A DNA stretch of 64,000 nucleotides from positions 29,586,464 through 29,650,463 of the forward strand of contig NC_043011.1 of assembly GCF_006345805.1 (NCBI RefSeq), written 5' to 3'. The DNA comes from Octopus sinensis (taxonomy: Eukaryota). The notes beneath the pieces were generated by a model. That model was not told the DNA's origin. It made no database searches and worked only from the letters and a program-made list of their open reading frames with translations. Within the stretch, counting starts at the first letter, position 1. The number at the start of each line of letters is the position of its first letter. Positions 51,533 to 64,000 of the stretch are shown in pieces. A program made the position numbers and the translations under genes.

Positions 51533-51851
51533 GCATGGCTCATGGCTCAGTGGTTAGAGCATCAGGCTTACAATCATGAAGTAGTGAGTTTGATTCCTGG
51601 ACAAGGCTGTGTGTTGTGTTCTTGAGCAAGATACTTTATTTTATGTTGCTCCAGTTCACTCAGCTGTAGAAATGAGATGTGATGTCACTGGTGCCAAACT
51701 TTATCAGCAAATGCCTTTCTCTTGGATAACATCAGAGTAATGGAGGGGGAAGGTTGGTATGCATGGGCAACAACCAGTCTTTCATAAATAACCTTGCCCG
51801 GACTTGTGCCTCAAAGGGGAAATTTCTAGGTGTAACCCATGGTCATTCATG
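51533..51851 (+). mobile_element. SINE family C
   Basis: Matches 2235-2568. Confidence 0.8.
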
Positions 51852-51854
51852 TGC

Positions 51855-52003
51855 TTTTTACATGGCACCACCCCCTGTACTTTTTACATGGCACCATTCC
51901 CAGTACTTTTTGCATGGCACCATCCCCAGTGTATTTTATGCGGCATTATCCCCAGGGCTTTTTACATGACACCATCCCCAGTGCTTTTTACATGGCACCA
52001 GCA
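51855..52003. repeat. Degenerate 26-bp minisatellite, 6 units
   Basis: TTTTTACATGGCACCATCCCCAGTGC-like units at 51855, 51881, 51907, 51933, 51959 and 51985. Confidence 0.85.
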
Positions 52004-52329
52004 CCCACACCAATGGTTTTCAGACATCAGGATATTAATCCTTTCTATTGTAGGCACATGACCTGAAGTTTTGAGGGAGAGGTCTAGTCAGTTAAACCAA
52101 CTCCCTGTGCTCAAGTGGTACTTATTTAAATGACCCCAATAAGATGAACAGTAAAGTCAACACCGATAACATTTGAACTCAGAATGCAATGAGTCAGAAG
52201 TCATGTGCCTCTAAGCTTTTTGTCCAGTTTGGTAAAAATGCCATATTAGAAATGGAGAAGCTAAGTCATGGCATTAAAGTCCTATGACTTTTTGTTGTTA
52301 TTTTAAAAGTTAATCAAAATAAATAAGCA

Positions 52330-52640
52330 TTTTACTTCATTAGAATGATTATGAAGAGAAGGTGTTATCATTGAAGACTCCAAGACATGGAAATGAAACA
52401 AAGAATGAGACTTGCTGGTCACATCCTGCAATCACCAGATTATTTGAAAGAATGGCATGGAAATGGACCTAAGTAGAAGGAAAGAAAAAAAATGCGAAAG
52501 ACCACGGGCAATATGATACTGAACATTTTCAAAATGAAGACAATCAAGAGACACCAGGAAAGCATAGAACATGCAACTGATTGAGAACGTTGGCGGAGAA
52601 CCGCTACCTGTTGTTGCACAAACAAGCATAGAATGAATTG
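52330..52640 (+). pseudogene. Decayed RTE LINE C-terminal fragment
   Basis: MRLAGHILQSP...AWKW...GKKK.R...T, then ERWRRTATCC; resembles the RTE RLRxAGH...GKRxRGRP...DRxRWR terminus. Confidence 0.5.
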
Positions 52641-53286
52641 ATTGTCAGACTGGCTGCCTAATGTAAGGAAGTCTTGCTAATATTCAGAGAATGAATTAGT
52701 TTTAGATTCCACCTTCATGACAAAGAAATATCGTTGAGTTAATGTTTAATTATATAAAGCAAAGAAGCTATAATTCAATGGTCACATGGTATCTCATTGG
52801 TTTGCCTTGAGCATTATTAAATTAAGGATAAAAATGTCTGTAGAATACTATGCCGCTCACACAGTTTAATGAGTTAGAGCCCGGTTGATCAAACAACTAA
52901 ATGATCATTGTCAGATCTGATGAAGGATCCAATATTTTATCCATATTAAAACAATTTGATATTGTTACTAAAACATGAAACCGGGAGAAAGTAAATATTT
53001 ATAAGCAGATTTACAATCTGCCAACTAATTACTTTGACTACCCCATGCAGAATTCAAAAACTAGTAAAATAATGATAGTAATAATAATAATCCTTTCTAC
53101 TATAGGCACAAGGTCCTGGTATTTCACTTGTACTTAATTTATCGACCCCCGAAAGGATGAAAAGCAAAGTTGGCCTCAGTGGAATTTGAACTCAGAACAT
53201 AGTAGCAGATGATATACTGCTCTGCATTTCACCCAGCATGCTAATGATTCTGCCAGCTTGCCACCTTAAATAATAGTAATGATAAT

Positions 53287-53655
53287 AAATGTCCTTGTGC
53301 AGTATAAGTTATTGACTCTAATGGCTTCTGATTTTAACTGATTGGAAATGTTAACGTGTACATGCTATGTCTTGGGCTGTAGCAAATATTCTGCTCTATA
53401 CCACAGATTGGCTCGTCAGTTGCTTGACCATAACCAGTTGAGCATGTCCCTTAGTGGCTGATGATATGTGCATCTCTGATCAAAAGTAGGAGTAGTGGGG
53501 AAGCATCATAGCCATGTGCTGAGAGGAATCCTGAGAGGAATTATTTAGGGACCTTTTGAGTGAGATGGGCTTCTTGACCCGAAGAAAAATTTTAACTGGG
53601 CCCCCACCTGCAAGATCGTGCACTATTTATTTTGATATGGGGTCACCATGTTGCA
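53287..53655 (+). mobile_element. Element E, opposite orientation, diverged
   Basis: Reverse complement of 655-1095, preceded by (AAT)-like tract. Confidence 0.7.
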
Positions 53656-54563
53656 CACATATTGATCCTGAAAAGATAAAAGGCAAAGCTGACCCCATCA
53701 GTATTTTAACTCAGAATGTAAAGATGGACAAAATGCCACAAAGTATTTTACCCATAGCTGGAACGATTTTGGTCATGGGTCTGCTCAGCATTATGTCTGG
53801 CTGGAACTCAGAACTCACAGATAATCGACAGCAACCACAACAACAGCAATTACAACAGATTTATTAATGCAGTAAACTTTCAAAGAACTTTCATATCAAC
53901 ATACAAAAAAAAATAGGATGAAAGTTAGAGGTATTATCTACAAGATTAGAACTCAGATTGCAGAGAGAGAGACAGGACGAATACTGCAGCACATTTTATC
54001 CACTGCTCTAATAACTCTGCCAACTAACTACAGAGATAAAATAAGTAATGATGGTGATAGTGGTGATGGTGGTGGTGGTGTAGTTAATGCAATCAACTAT
54101 ACTATAGAAATGTGGTGCTCTAGCATGGCTATAGCAGCCCAGTGAATGGAACCAGCAAAAGTAAACAACTGCTCTTTCTTCCTGTAGACTGTATTCAATC
54201 AAATATTGGGTAAGTTACTTTATAAGAAGTTATTTTTCAATGATATTTAATAGGTATGAGAGTAGGTGTGTGAAAGTGCATGCATGCATAGATGACAGTT
54301 TGTCAGTATACATATTACATGAGCAAACAACCCAAGGCGAGCCAAAAAGGTCGGGGAAGGCGTGGAGCATATATGTGGAGGTGGTGGTGATCATGGTGGT
54401 GGTGGGGCAGAATGAGTGAAAAAAAACAACAACAACAACAATACAAATATAGAAATATACACCAACTACTTCACCCTCAACCTCTGCCACTAAACTTCTT
54501 CAAAACAGATCATAAAAAATTAAATGACATATAGAAGGTTCCTTAATAAGGTCACACATTGCA

Positions 54564-54610
<47 letters not shown>

Positions 54611-55093
54611 TGATGATGATGATGATGATGATACCAATAATGTATCAGAGATTTTGTAAAAAGTAAAAATAAAGTAACATTCTAGAAGAAACAAAAAAAA
54701 TCAAAAATAACAAAGATTCACAAATAAATCTCAAATGGAAAAACAGTATTTTCTGATTCAGTTAATATATCATTTTTGAAGTCTGATGGCAGTACATACT
54801 AAAGAACACACATACACCATTGTGTACTAAAGCAACATGGAGAAAATAACTAAAAAACAAAAAGCAAACAAACAAACAAAAAGAAAAATCTAACAACTGC
54901 AACAAGAACAATAAATATTAGAAATAAACAAAAAACTATAATAAAAAACCAAAAAAAACCCCAAAAATTTGATAAGCCATACATATCAGAACTGTGGATA
55001 TAGTCATCTGACAAACATACATGTGTATATGTGTATATCTGTATGTATGTATGTATGTATGTATGTATGTATGTATGTATGTATGTATGTATT

Positions 55094-55170
<77 letters not shown>

Positions 55171-55187
55171 ATTTACACATATACATG

Positions 55188-55221
<34 letters not shown>

Positions 55222-56248
55222 CGTACATACATATATATATAATATATATTTGTATGTATATACATATGTATATATAATATATATATATATATTATATATA
55301 TATATATTATATATATATATATAGGTATATATAATCTGTATGCATGTATATATAATCTGCGTGTGTAAATATATATATTTATGTGTGTGTGTGTGAATAT
55401 GTGTGTGTGTGTATATATATATGTATATGTATATATATATAAATATATATACACACATACACACACACATACATATAATGTGTTTGCTGTAGGAGGAGGG
55501 GTTGATAAAGGTAAGCTTTCAATAAAAAGGTTAATTTAGATTGTGATATTTGATGTGTATTGCTGCTGCTTTTGTTGTTACTGCTGTCACTGCTGCTGTT
55601 GCTACAGCTGCTGATAGTGCTGCTGCTAGTTTTGCAGCAATAGAAGCCAGAGAAACTTTTTGAATCTTTGTTGTAAATGACATCTTCAAAAACAAAAATG
55701 CTTAAGTTTTTTTTTGTTTATTTTCTTTTTTATTACTGATGTGACATAGGATCTATAGCTCAGTGACCTGTAGATAGAGGAGAGAAAGGAGAGTAGTAAA
55801 AAAAGAAGAAGATAAGGGAGTCGCCTTTCAACAATGACGCCTATCACACACACCACTGCACATAGGTCCTCTGTTTGTCCAGACAAACAGATGATGTAAG
55901 CCTTGCAGATGTCATAAAGATTATTCTTTTGATTAATATGAAACTTATTCAACAAAGTGTATTGATGTTGATATGGAAGTTCTTTGAAAGTTTACTGCAT
56001 TAATAAATCTGTTGTAATTGTTGTTGCTGTTATGGTTGTCGTTGATTATCTGCAAGTGAGCTCTGATTTCAAATCAGACTTAGATTTTGAGCAGACCTAT
56101 GACCACAGGCATTCCAGCTATGACTATCTAGTCTTTGTTTGCTAGACATGATAACCAGTTCACTTAGTTCTTCCCCAGGACATAATTTTTATAGGGATTG
56201 TTTCCCATCGTTCTTTTTTCTAGTAGTCATCAACTTGCAACTGTTTAA

Positions 56249-56465
56249 CCCTTTCATTACAATATTTATTTTGAGATGTTCTGTGTTTCTTTCAATTACT
56301 TTAAATACAACAAAGAATTTAGTAAAATAACTTATCATTAAGCTAGTGTTAGGAACATAAATTGTGACTAAGGTTTGGTGGAAGATTTTAATTTAAAGCT
56401 TATGTAAACAAGTCATTTGTACTACAGAGCCAGAGTAGGTTTCAGCCGGGTTGGTAACGAAAGGA
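56249..56465. mobile_element. Second piggyBac-like MITE family
   Basis: TTAA flanks; TIRs CCCTTTCATTAC / GTAACGAAAGGA. Confidence 0.7.
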
Positions 56466-57534
56466 TTAAGCCAAATGATAACAGCATTGAACTGAATGCT
56501 GTTTGAAAGACTACAAATGCCATCAATAAAACCCCTTCCTTCAAACCAAAAGGAAAAAAAAAAACAACTGCCTGGTCTTCATTATTGATGTATTTTCTTT
56601 ATTTTACTTGTTCACAGTTACTGGTCTGTAGCCATGCTAGGGCACCACCTTGAAAAGTTCAGTTGCACAAATTAACATTTGTACTTAAGTTTTAAGTATG
56701 GAACGTATTTCATCAATTTCTTTTGCTAACCTGCTAAGTTACAGTGGCATAAAAGGAAAAACATCAGTTGTTTAGCAGTAGGTCAGAGACAATCACAAAC
56801 ATAAAAACAGAAACACACACACACAGAAAGACAGACGGATGTATGTACGTACGTACATACATACATACACAGAAAGACAGACGTACATACATACATACAC
56901 ACATACATACATACATACATACATACATACATACATACATGCATACATACATACAAACAAGTTTCTTAACCACAAAGTATTATCACTTTTAAAGTCTATA
57001 AACACACATTTGTTAGACTATGCAATATTTCTCCTTTTTCCAAAGTAGTTCAGTTTGTTTATGTCTCCCAAAACACTTTCTGCTACATATTTTGTGGGGA
57101 CATAAAAAAACCATCAGCTGCATTGGGAAATAAATAAATAAAAGTGAAATATAAGTCAAACAACAACTGGTGAGTGTACTAACAAGCTTTGTTAATTATG
57201 ATTCTTCCCAAATATAACAATAAAAGTTTGAACACACAGTTTCAAATCAAAATTCTTGCAAAGCATATTCAAAACTGAAAAATCTGCCCTTAATTTTTTT
57301 CAAGAAGGTAGGGTGTAATTTGAAGAAGATTCAGCTGCAATGCCTTGTTAAGTTGAGTGACCATATAAATATGCCATGTGTTTTTCTTTCATTCACAAAT
57401 TTGCCATTTGTTTATGTAAAAAGCTGAAGTTATGTGAATCTATGTTATTAGTATTCTAAGTACAAAATTCTGAATTTATGAATTATTAATCAATCCTTCT
57501 TGGTTATTTCTATAGAATGTTCAGAGAATTAGTG

Positions 57535-57850
57535 AAGGTATGTGACTTAGTGGTTAGGGTATTTGACACGTGATCAAAAAGGTCATGAGTTCAATTCCCA
57601 GTGACACATTGTGTCCTTGAGCAACACACTTTATTTCACATTGCTGCAGTTCACTCAGCTAGAAAAGATGAGTAGTACCTCTATTTCAAAGGGCCAGCCT
57701 TGTCATACTCTGTGTCACATTAAATCTCCTTGAAAACTATGTTAAGGGTACATATGTCTGTGGAGTGCTCAACCACTTGCACATTGATTTCACGAGCTGA
57801 CTGTTCCATTGATCGAATCAGCTGTATCACTTGTTGTCATAACCAATGGG
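57535..57850 (+). mobile_element. Mosaic SINE: C-type head and core with D-type 3' body
   Basis: 'ttgtgtccttgagcaacacactttatttcacattgc..cagttcactcagct' then 'tatttcaaagggccagccttgtc...'. Confidence 0.7.
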
Positions 57851-58215
57851 GAGAAAGAGAGAGATTGAGAGAAGAGAGGGACAAGATCATGACCATGTCT
57901 TAAACTAACAGAAAGGAAAGAATAAAAGATTGATTTACAAGAATAACATTTGAGTGAAGACATGTGTCATTGGTGGACAGGGTGATCTTGGGTCTTTGGG
58001 ATTTGTTGATTTGACTTTAGTTGGAGGCTTTCCAGTATCAGATGGACTGCAACATCCATTTATTTATATAATTTGTATACTAAATATACCTTTCATCTCA
58101 TTGATTTTATCTCACCTGATTTTATCCTAAACTCTCACACAAATTGTAACCTGACTTTGCATGTACTACTCATCTGCTGCTCCAATAGCAAAGAAAAGAA
58201 ACTATTATTATTATT

Positions 58216-58665
58216 GAGTGAGAGAGCAGTGCATGCCATCAAAGTGACACTGGGTTAAAATATACTGGGTTAAAAGTATACCCATCATGACTACCCATCT
58301 GATAAGGGTACACTAGGCACATGCATCACAACCATATGTGCCCAACATAGTGATCTTATATCAAGATAAACAGCACATGACCTTGCAGGTAGGGCCCAGT
58401 TAGAATTTTGTTCAGGTCGAGTAGCCCATCCTGCTCAAAGGGTCCCTGAAATAGGGTTGTTGAAGATGCACATACTGTCAGCCACCAAAGGACATGCTCA
58501 ACTGGTTATGGTCAAACAACTGACAAGCATATCTGTGGTATTGAGCAGAATATTTACTGCAGCGCATCTTTTATACCAAGGCAAAACAATGCACATGATA
58601 ACACTTCCAATCAGTTAAGATGAGAAGCCATGAGAGCCACTGTCTGGTACTGCATCAGGGCAATT

Positions 58666-58666
<1 letters not shown>
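58216..58666 (-). mobile_element. Element E, both ends present, internal deletion
   Basis: Bounded by (TTA)n at 58203-58215 and (ATA)n from 58667. Confidence 0.8.
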
Positions 58667-58700
<34 letters not shown>

Positions 58701-58720
58701 TAATAATAATAATAATAATA

Positions 58721-58759
<39 letters not shown>

Positions 58760-59347
58760 GTTATTAATATTATTAAGGCAGTGCAGCGGCAGAATTGTTA
58801 GCATGCTGGGCGAATCACTTAGTGGCATTTTGGCTGTCTTTACATTCTGAGTCCAAATACTGTCATTTAATTCTTTCAGGGTCGATTAAATGAGTACCAG
58901 TTCTACACTGGGACCAATGTAATCAACTGATCCCTCCTTTGTGCCTATAGTAGAATGTATTACTATTACTATCATTATCATTATCTTCTTTTAAATTTAT
59001 TTCCATTTCTTGCTAAGTGTCTTCCCTACACATAGGGCAAAGAAACTCACTCTATATATTGGTAGGCCATTAATATAAACACTAAATTTTTCATTTACAA
59101 AGTCATGTGATAGAAAAAAAGAGGAAAGAAGAAAGAAGAAAAAATTTTAAATGAAGAAAATGAGAAGGAAAGTAAAAGAAAATAAAGGGGAAAAATTCAC
59201 AGTGACAATGCTCTTCTCAATACTTGTGATGCACCAGTTAAAAGAATTTTTGGCCCTTCTTGGATGGTAACCCAGGGATCATCCTCAAATAATTTTCATT
59301 ATTATTATTATCATTAGTATTACTATTATTATTATTACTACTACTAC

Positions 59348-59410
<63 letters not shown>

Positions 59411-59414
<4 letters not shown>

Positions 59415-59806
59415 TAGTTTTATTTTTATAGCGTGCTTTCACTTCACTACCGAGCGCAGCTCTGTGTGCCTTGGGTATGTGCTGTGATTTGTTGTGATGC
59501 TCTGATGGTTATTGTATGGAAAGTGTTCTGCGTAGGATGTGTGCAGTGCCTAGTAGTGCAATTTTCTGTATGTTATATGTGTTTGTAAGTCCTGGTGTTT
59601 TTGTTATGTATTTGTCTGAATATTTTTTATCATGCCTAATGCACCTACTATGATAGGAATTGTTTCTGTTTTCAGGTTCCACATTCTAGTTATCTCTATT
59701 TCCAGGTCTTTGTATTTTGAGAGTTTCTCCATTTCTTTTAGAGACACGTTGTCATCTGCCGGTATTGATACATCAATTAGAAAGCATTTTTTTTCTTCAT
59801 GATCTC
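59411..59806 (-). mobile_element. R4/Dong-like LINE 3' end with restriction-like endonuclease, embedded in (TAA)n
   Basis: DHEEKKCFLIDVSIPADDNVSLKEMEKLSKYKDLEIEITRMW...IVGALG...IQKIALLGTAHILRRTLSIQ*; one frameshift; stop at 59509-59511. Confidence 0.9.
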
Positions 59807-59896
<90 letters not shown>

Positions 59897-59901
59897 TATT
59901 A

Positions 59902-60023
59902 TTTGATTTGACTCAGGTTTGGCCTTATTCCTGGTAGGATTTATGCAGGTAGCAGGTTTCTACCGGTAACCTTAGGTATCCACATATTCTCAGTACTCTT
60001 TCAAGTGCTTAGAACCTTTCCGA
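59902..60023 (-). mobile_element. 3' tip of a second RLE-LINE family
   Basis: Reads KVLST* then ~100-nt UTR ending in (AAT)n; UTR unlike that of 59411-59508. Confidence 0.5.
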
Positions 60024-60104
60024 TAATTATTATTATTATTATTAGTATTATTGTCATCATCAGCATCATCATCATCATCATCATCATCATCGTCATCATA
60101 ATCG

Positions 60105-60138
<34 letters not shown>

Positions 60139-60139
60139 T

Positions 60140-61125
60140 ATTATATAAAGCACTGAGCTGGCAGAATCGTTAGCATGCTTGACAAAACGCTTAATGGCAT
60201 TTCACCAGCCCTTACGTTCTGAGTTCAAATTCTGCCAAGGTTGACTTTGCTTTTCATACTTTCAGAGTCAATAAAATAAGTACAAGTGGAGTACTGAGGT
60301 CGATGTAATCGACTGGTCCCCTCCCCACAAATTTCAGGCCTTGGGCTTTTAGTAGAAAGGATTATTATTATTGTCATTATTATAAGGCAGCAAAATCGTT
60401 AGCATGCCAAGTAAAATGCTAAGCGGTATTTCATTCAGTATTTCATTCAGCGGTGAGCTGGCAGAAACGTTAGCACGCCGGGCAAAATGCTTAGCGGTAT
60501 TTCGCCTGCGTTACGTTGTGAGTTCAAATTCCGCCGAGGTCGTCTTTGCCTTTCATCCTTTCGGGGTCGATAAATTAAGTACCAGTTACGCACTGGGGTC
60601 GATGTAATCGACTAATACCTATGTCTGTCCTTGTTTGTCCCCTCTGTGTTTAGCCCCTTGTGGGTAATAAAGAAATAAGTATTTCATTCATCTTTATGTT
60701 CTGAGTTCAAATTCCACCAAGGTCAACTTTGCCTGTCATCCTTTCGAGGTCGATAAATTAAGTACCAGTGAAACACTGTGGTTGATGTAATTGACGAGCT
60801 CCCTCCCATAAAGTTTCAAGCTATGTGTCTTTAACAGACAGGATTATCATTATTATTGATGTTGTTGTTTCTGCTGTTGTTGCTATTGTTATCATTATAA
60901 TAAATAATAATAAGGCAGTAAACTGGCAGAATCATTAATGGGAGAAATGCTTAGTGGTATTTCATCAGCCGTTACGTTCTGAGTTCAAATTGCGCTGAGG
61001 TCGACTTTACCTTTCATCGTTTCGGGGTCGATAAATTGAGTACCAGTGAAACACTGGGAATCGATGTAATCGATTAATCTCCTCCCACAAAATTTCAGGC
61101 CTTGTGCCTATAGTAGAAAGGATTT
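60140..61125 (+). mobile_element. Cluster of co-oriented SINE B copies, one nested in another
   Basis: Heads at ~60150, 60385, 60450 and 60915; best-preserved copy 60450-60678. Confidence 0.85.
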
Positions 61126-61416
61126 TGAATCAATATAGTTTTCTGTTCATTAACATAGTGTCACTCTGCGTGAAGTAACACCTTCAGTTAATTTTAACTT
61201 CGAACCTAATCATTAGGCTTCAATTAGAAAGCTCTTCTATTGACTTTAGAGAGAAATTTAGCTCAATCAGTTTTTCTTTGAAACTCTCCTCAAGGTAAAA
61301 TATATACTCTCTCACTCACTCTCTCTTCTCTCCTTCTTTCTTTCCCCCTCTCTCTCTTTTCCCTCTCACTCCACCTCTCTGTCTCCTTCAGACAATGAAA
61401 TTACAATAGATTTTGG

Positions 61417-61450
<34 letters not shown>

Positions 61451-61605
61451 CATACATGTGTATGCGCATGTGTGTTTGTGTTTGTGTGTGTTTATGTGTA
61501 TGTGTGTATATGTATACATACATACATGTATATAAATATATATATATATATAATGTATATATAGAGACATACATGCATATATACATATACATACATATAT
61601 GTATG

Positions 61606-61636
<31 letters not shown>

Positions 61637-62954
61637 TATAACACACACACACATACGTACACACACATTACAGAAAAGCAACGTTGTTGACTTTTCACGA
61701 TAGTTGAAACTTTTATTCCATTAACACTTTCAACCCAATAATTATTTTTCTTTTTTTTTTATTCAAAAAATAAAATAAATATTTCACTGTTCATTATTTT
61801 AAATTATTGTTTTATCCGTCTCATTTCTTACACAAGAAGTGAAAAAAGTAATGAAAATAAATCTAGAATTAAACAAAAGCTTTGTCATGAAATTCTTCAA
61901 CTGAAAACATAAGCAAAGAAAAAAAAAAGATAGCCAAATTAAACTTGATATTAGCAAATGATAGTATTGAACATCTGTAGAGTGTAATGTGTAATAATAG
62001 ACTACTGGAAATTGATCCATTCTAAGGGCGAGTCCTGAAATAGGTACAACTATTATAGTTATAACACAGTCTAGCAAAATTATGGTTTTCTGTCTTTGGT
62101 TAGCAATTGTTATTTCCTATTTGCTTTTATTTAGAAATCAAAGGAAATGACTACTATTCCCTTCAAACTTTGCTTTTGTAACTCGGACACCAATGTTTTG
62201 AAACTGGTCTGTTTTCTATTATATTTCAGACAGATTCAGTGCTGAGTTGCTGAAGCAGAAATATTGTGATAGCAAATATTCTGCTCATTACCACAAATTT
62301 GCTTGACCATAATCATTCCTACAGGCTCACAAGCATGGATCTTATCTGGACTTTTAGGGAGTTTAAGCATAAAACCCTCTGATGGAACAGCATCTTGAAC
62401 TGGATGCAATTTCTTCAGTGGATTAACTCTGAGGTGCCTCTGATTTTGATTTTTATCTGAGTGAAACTGAAGCAAGAAGAACATCATCATCATCACCACC
62501 ATCATCATCATGTTTCTAACGTCTACTTCTCCATATACTTGCATGGGTGGGATGGAGTTTATTGAAGCAGAATTTCTTTGACCAGATGCCCTTTCCTGTC
62601 ACCAACCCTCACCTGTTTTTAAACAATGTAATGTTCCCTCCCTCCGTCAACCACCCACTCATGGCCAGACATGTTTTCACAGAAGATTGGAAATGACTGA
62701 CACTGCCTGTATGACAGTGACACTCACTTACAACTATCACATGATGTCAAGACAAGGAGATACATGCACATACATACATGTATAATGCATACATACATAC
62801 ATATATGATACATAATACATGCATCCATACACACACACATACACACACATACAGAATGTGCTGCCCAGTCCAAGAATTGAAACAACGACCTTAAACAAAT
62901 GATCATGAGCCCATAATCTTAACCACTAGGCCACACATAAATGCTACCATAGGC

Positions 62955-63380
62955 AAGTTCAGTCCCACTGTATACCAGACTGGGCAAGTGTTTTCTACTA
63001 TGGCCTTGGGCCGACCAAAGCCTTGTGAGTGAATATGGTAGACTGAAACTGAAGGAAGCCCGTCATGTATATACATATGTGTATGTATGATGTGTGTGTG
63101 TGCATGTGTGTGTGTGTGTGTGTATATATGTATATATAAATACATGTATATATCTATGTGTATGTGTCTGTGTTTGTACCCACTGCCATTGCTGGACAAC
63201 TGATGTTGGTGTTTTTATGTACTTGTAACCTAGCAGTTCATCAAAAAAGACCAATAGAATAAGTACTAAGATTAAAAAGAACATGTCGTGGGGTTGATTT
63301 CTTTGCCTAAAACCCTTCAAGGTGGTGCCCCAGCATGGCTGCAGTCAAATGACTGAAAAAAGTAAAAGAACAGAATAAAA
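62955..63380 (+). mobile_element. SINE A
   Basis: Body and tail match. Confidence 0.8.
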
Positions 63381-63439
63381 GATTACAATGGGCTTCTTTC
63401 AGTTTCTGTCTACGAGATCCATTCACAAGGCTTTGGTCT

Positions 63440-63644
63440 CATTTACTCTTTTACTCTTTTAATTGTTTCAGTCATTTGACTGTGGCCATGCTGGAGCACC
63501 ACATTTAGTTGAGCAAATCGACCCCAGGACTTATTCTTTGTAAGTCTAGTACTTATTCTATCAGTCTCTTTTGCTGAACCGCAAAGTTACGGGGATGTAA
63601 ACACACCAGCATTGGTTGTCAAGCGATGTTGGGGGAACAAACAG

Positions 63645-63675
<31 letters not shown>

Positions 63676-63846
63676 CATATATATGGCGGGCTTCTTTCAG
63701 TTTCCGTCTACCAAATCCATTCACAAGGCTTTGGTTGGAACGAGGCTATAGTAGAAGACACTTGCCCAGGGTGCCATGCAATGAGACTGAACCCGGAATC
63801 ATGTGGTTGGTAAGCAAGCTACTTGCCACGCAGCCACTCCTGCACC
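63440..63846 (-). mobile_element. SINE A, full length, tail-to-tail with the previous copy
   Basis: Match to 12915-13346. Confidence 0.85.
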
Positions 63847-64000
63847 TATTTGGTCTGTTTGGGATTGTTATAGAAGACACTCGCCTGAAGTGCCATGCAC
63901 TTTTTTTTGGTTTTTCCAGATGTTGTATGTTTACAACTATACTGTCAAGATCCACTTTTCCATTCCACTTCTTTCTAATTTTTTTTTCACTCTTTCAAAC

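Noticed and set aside
55875-55905. Candidate micro-exons with AG...GTAAG-like signals (also ~23025-23045 and ~62005-62035 minus)
   Set aside because: Too short, weak splice context, no recognisable peptide; needs RNA-seq

Overview
AT-rich, repeat-saturated eukaryotic DNA. The SINE families and microsatellite load fit an Octopus (cephalopod) genome; this is inferred from recognising the repeats, not from a search. I found no supportable host exon, rRNA, true tRNA or CRISPR array, and most ORFs in the track are microsatellite or SINE read-throughs. Protein-coding remnants are all from mobile elements: a 5'-truncated Penelope-like element (PLE; RT end plus GIY-YIG, 521-aa ORF, minus strand), an internally deleted DD37D Tc1/mariner, three RTE-type LINE remnants and two R4/Dong-like restriction-like-endonuclease LINE 3' ends within (TAA)n. 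There are dozens of tRNA-derived SINEs (labelled A-D here), an unclassified (AAT)n-associated element (E), and piggyBac-, hAT- and Tc2/pogo-like MITEs. The main hidden signal is hammerhead ribozymes (HHRs), with four unrelated minimal type I families: one intact in the PLE pseudo-LTR; one inside a ~365-bp tRNA-headed SINE-like element (three copies); one in a ~200-bp fold-back; and one in a decayed tandem/inverted array. All folds were read by eye and none was computed or tested.
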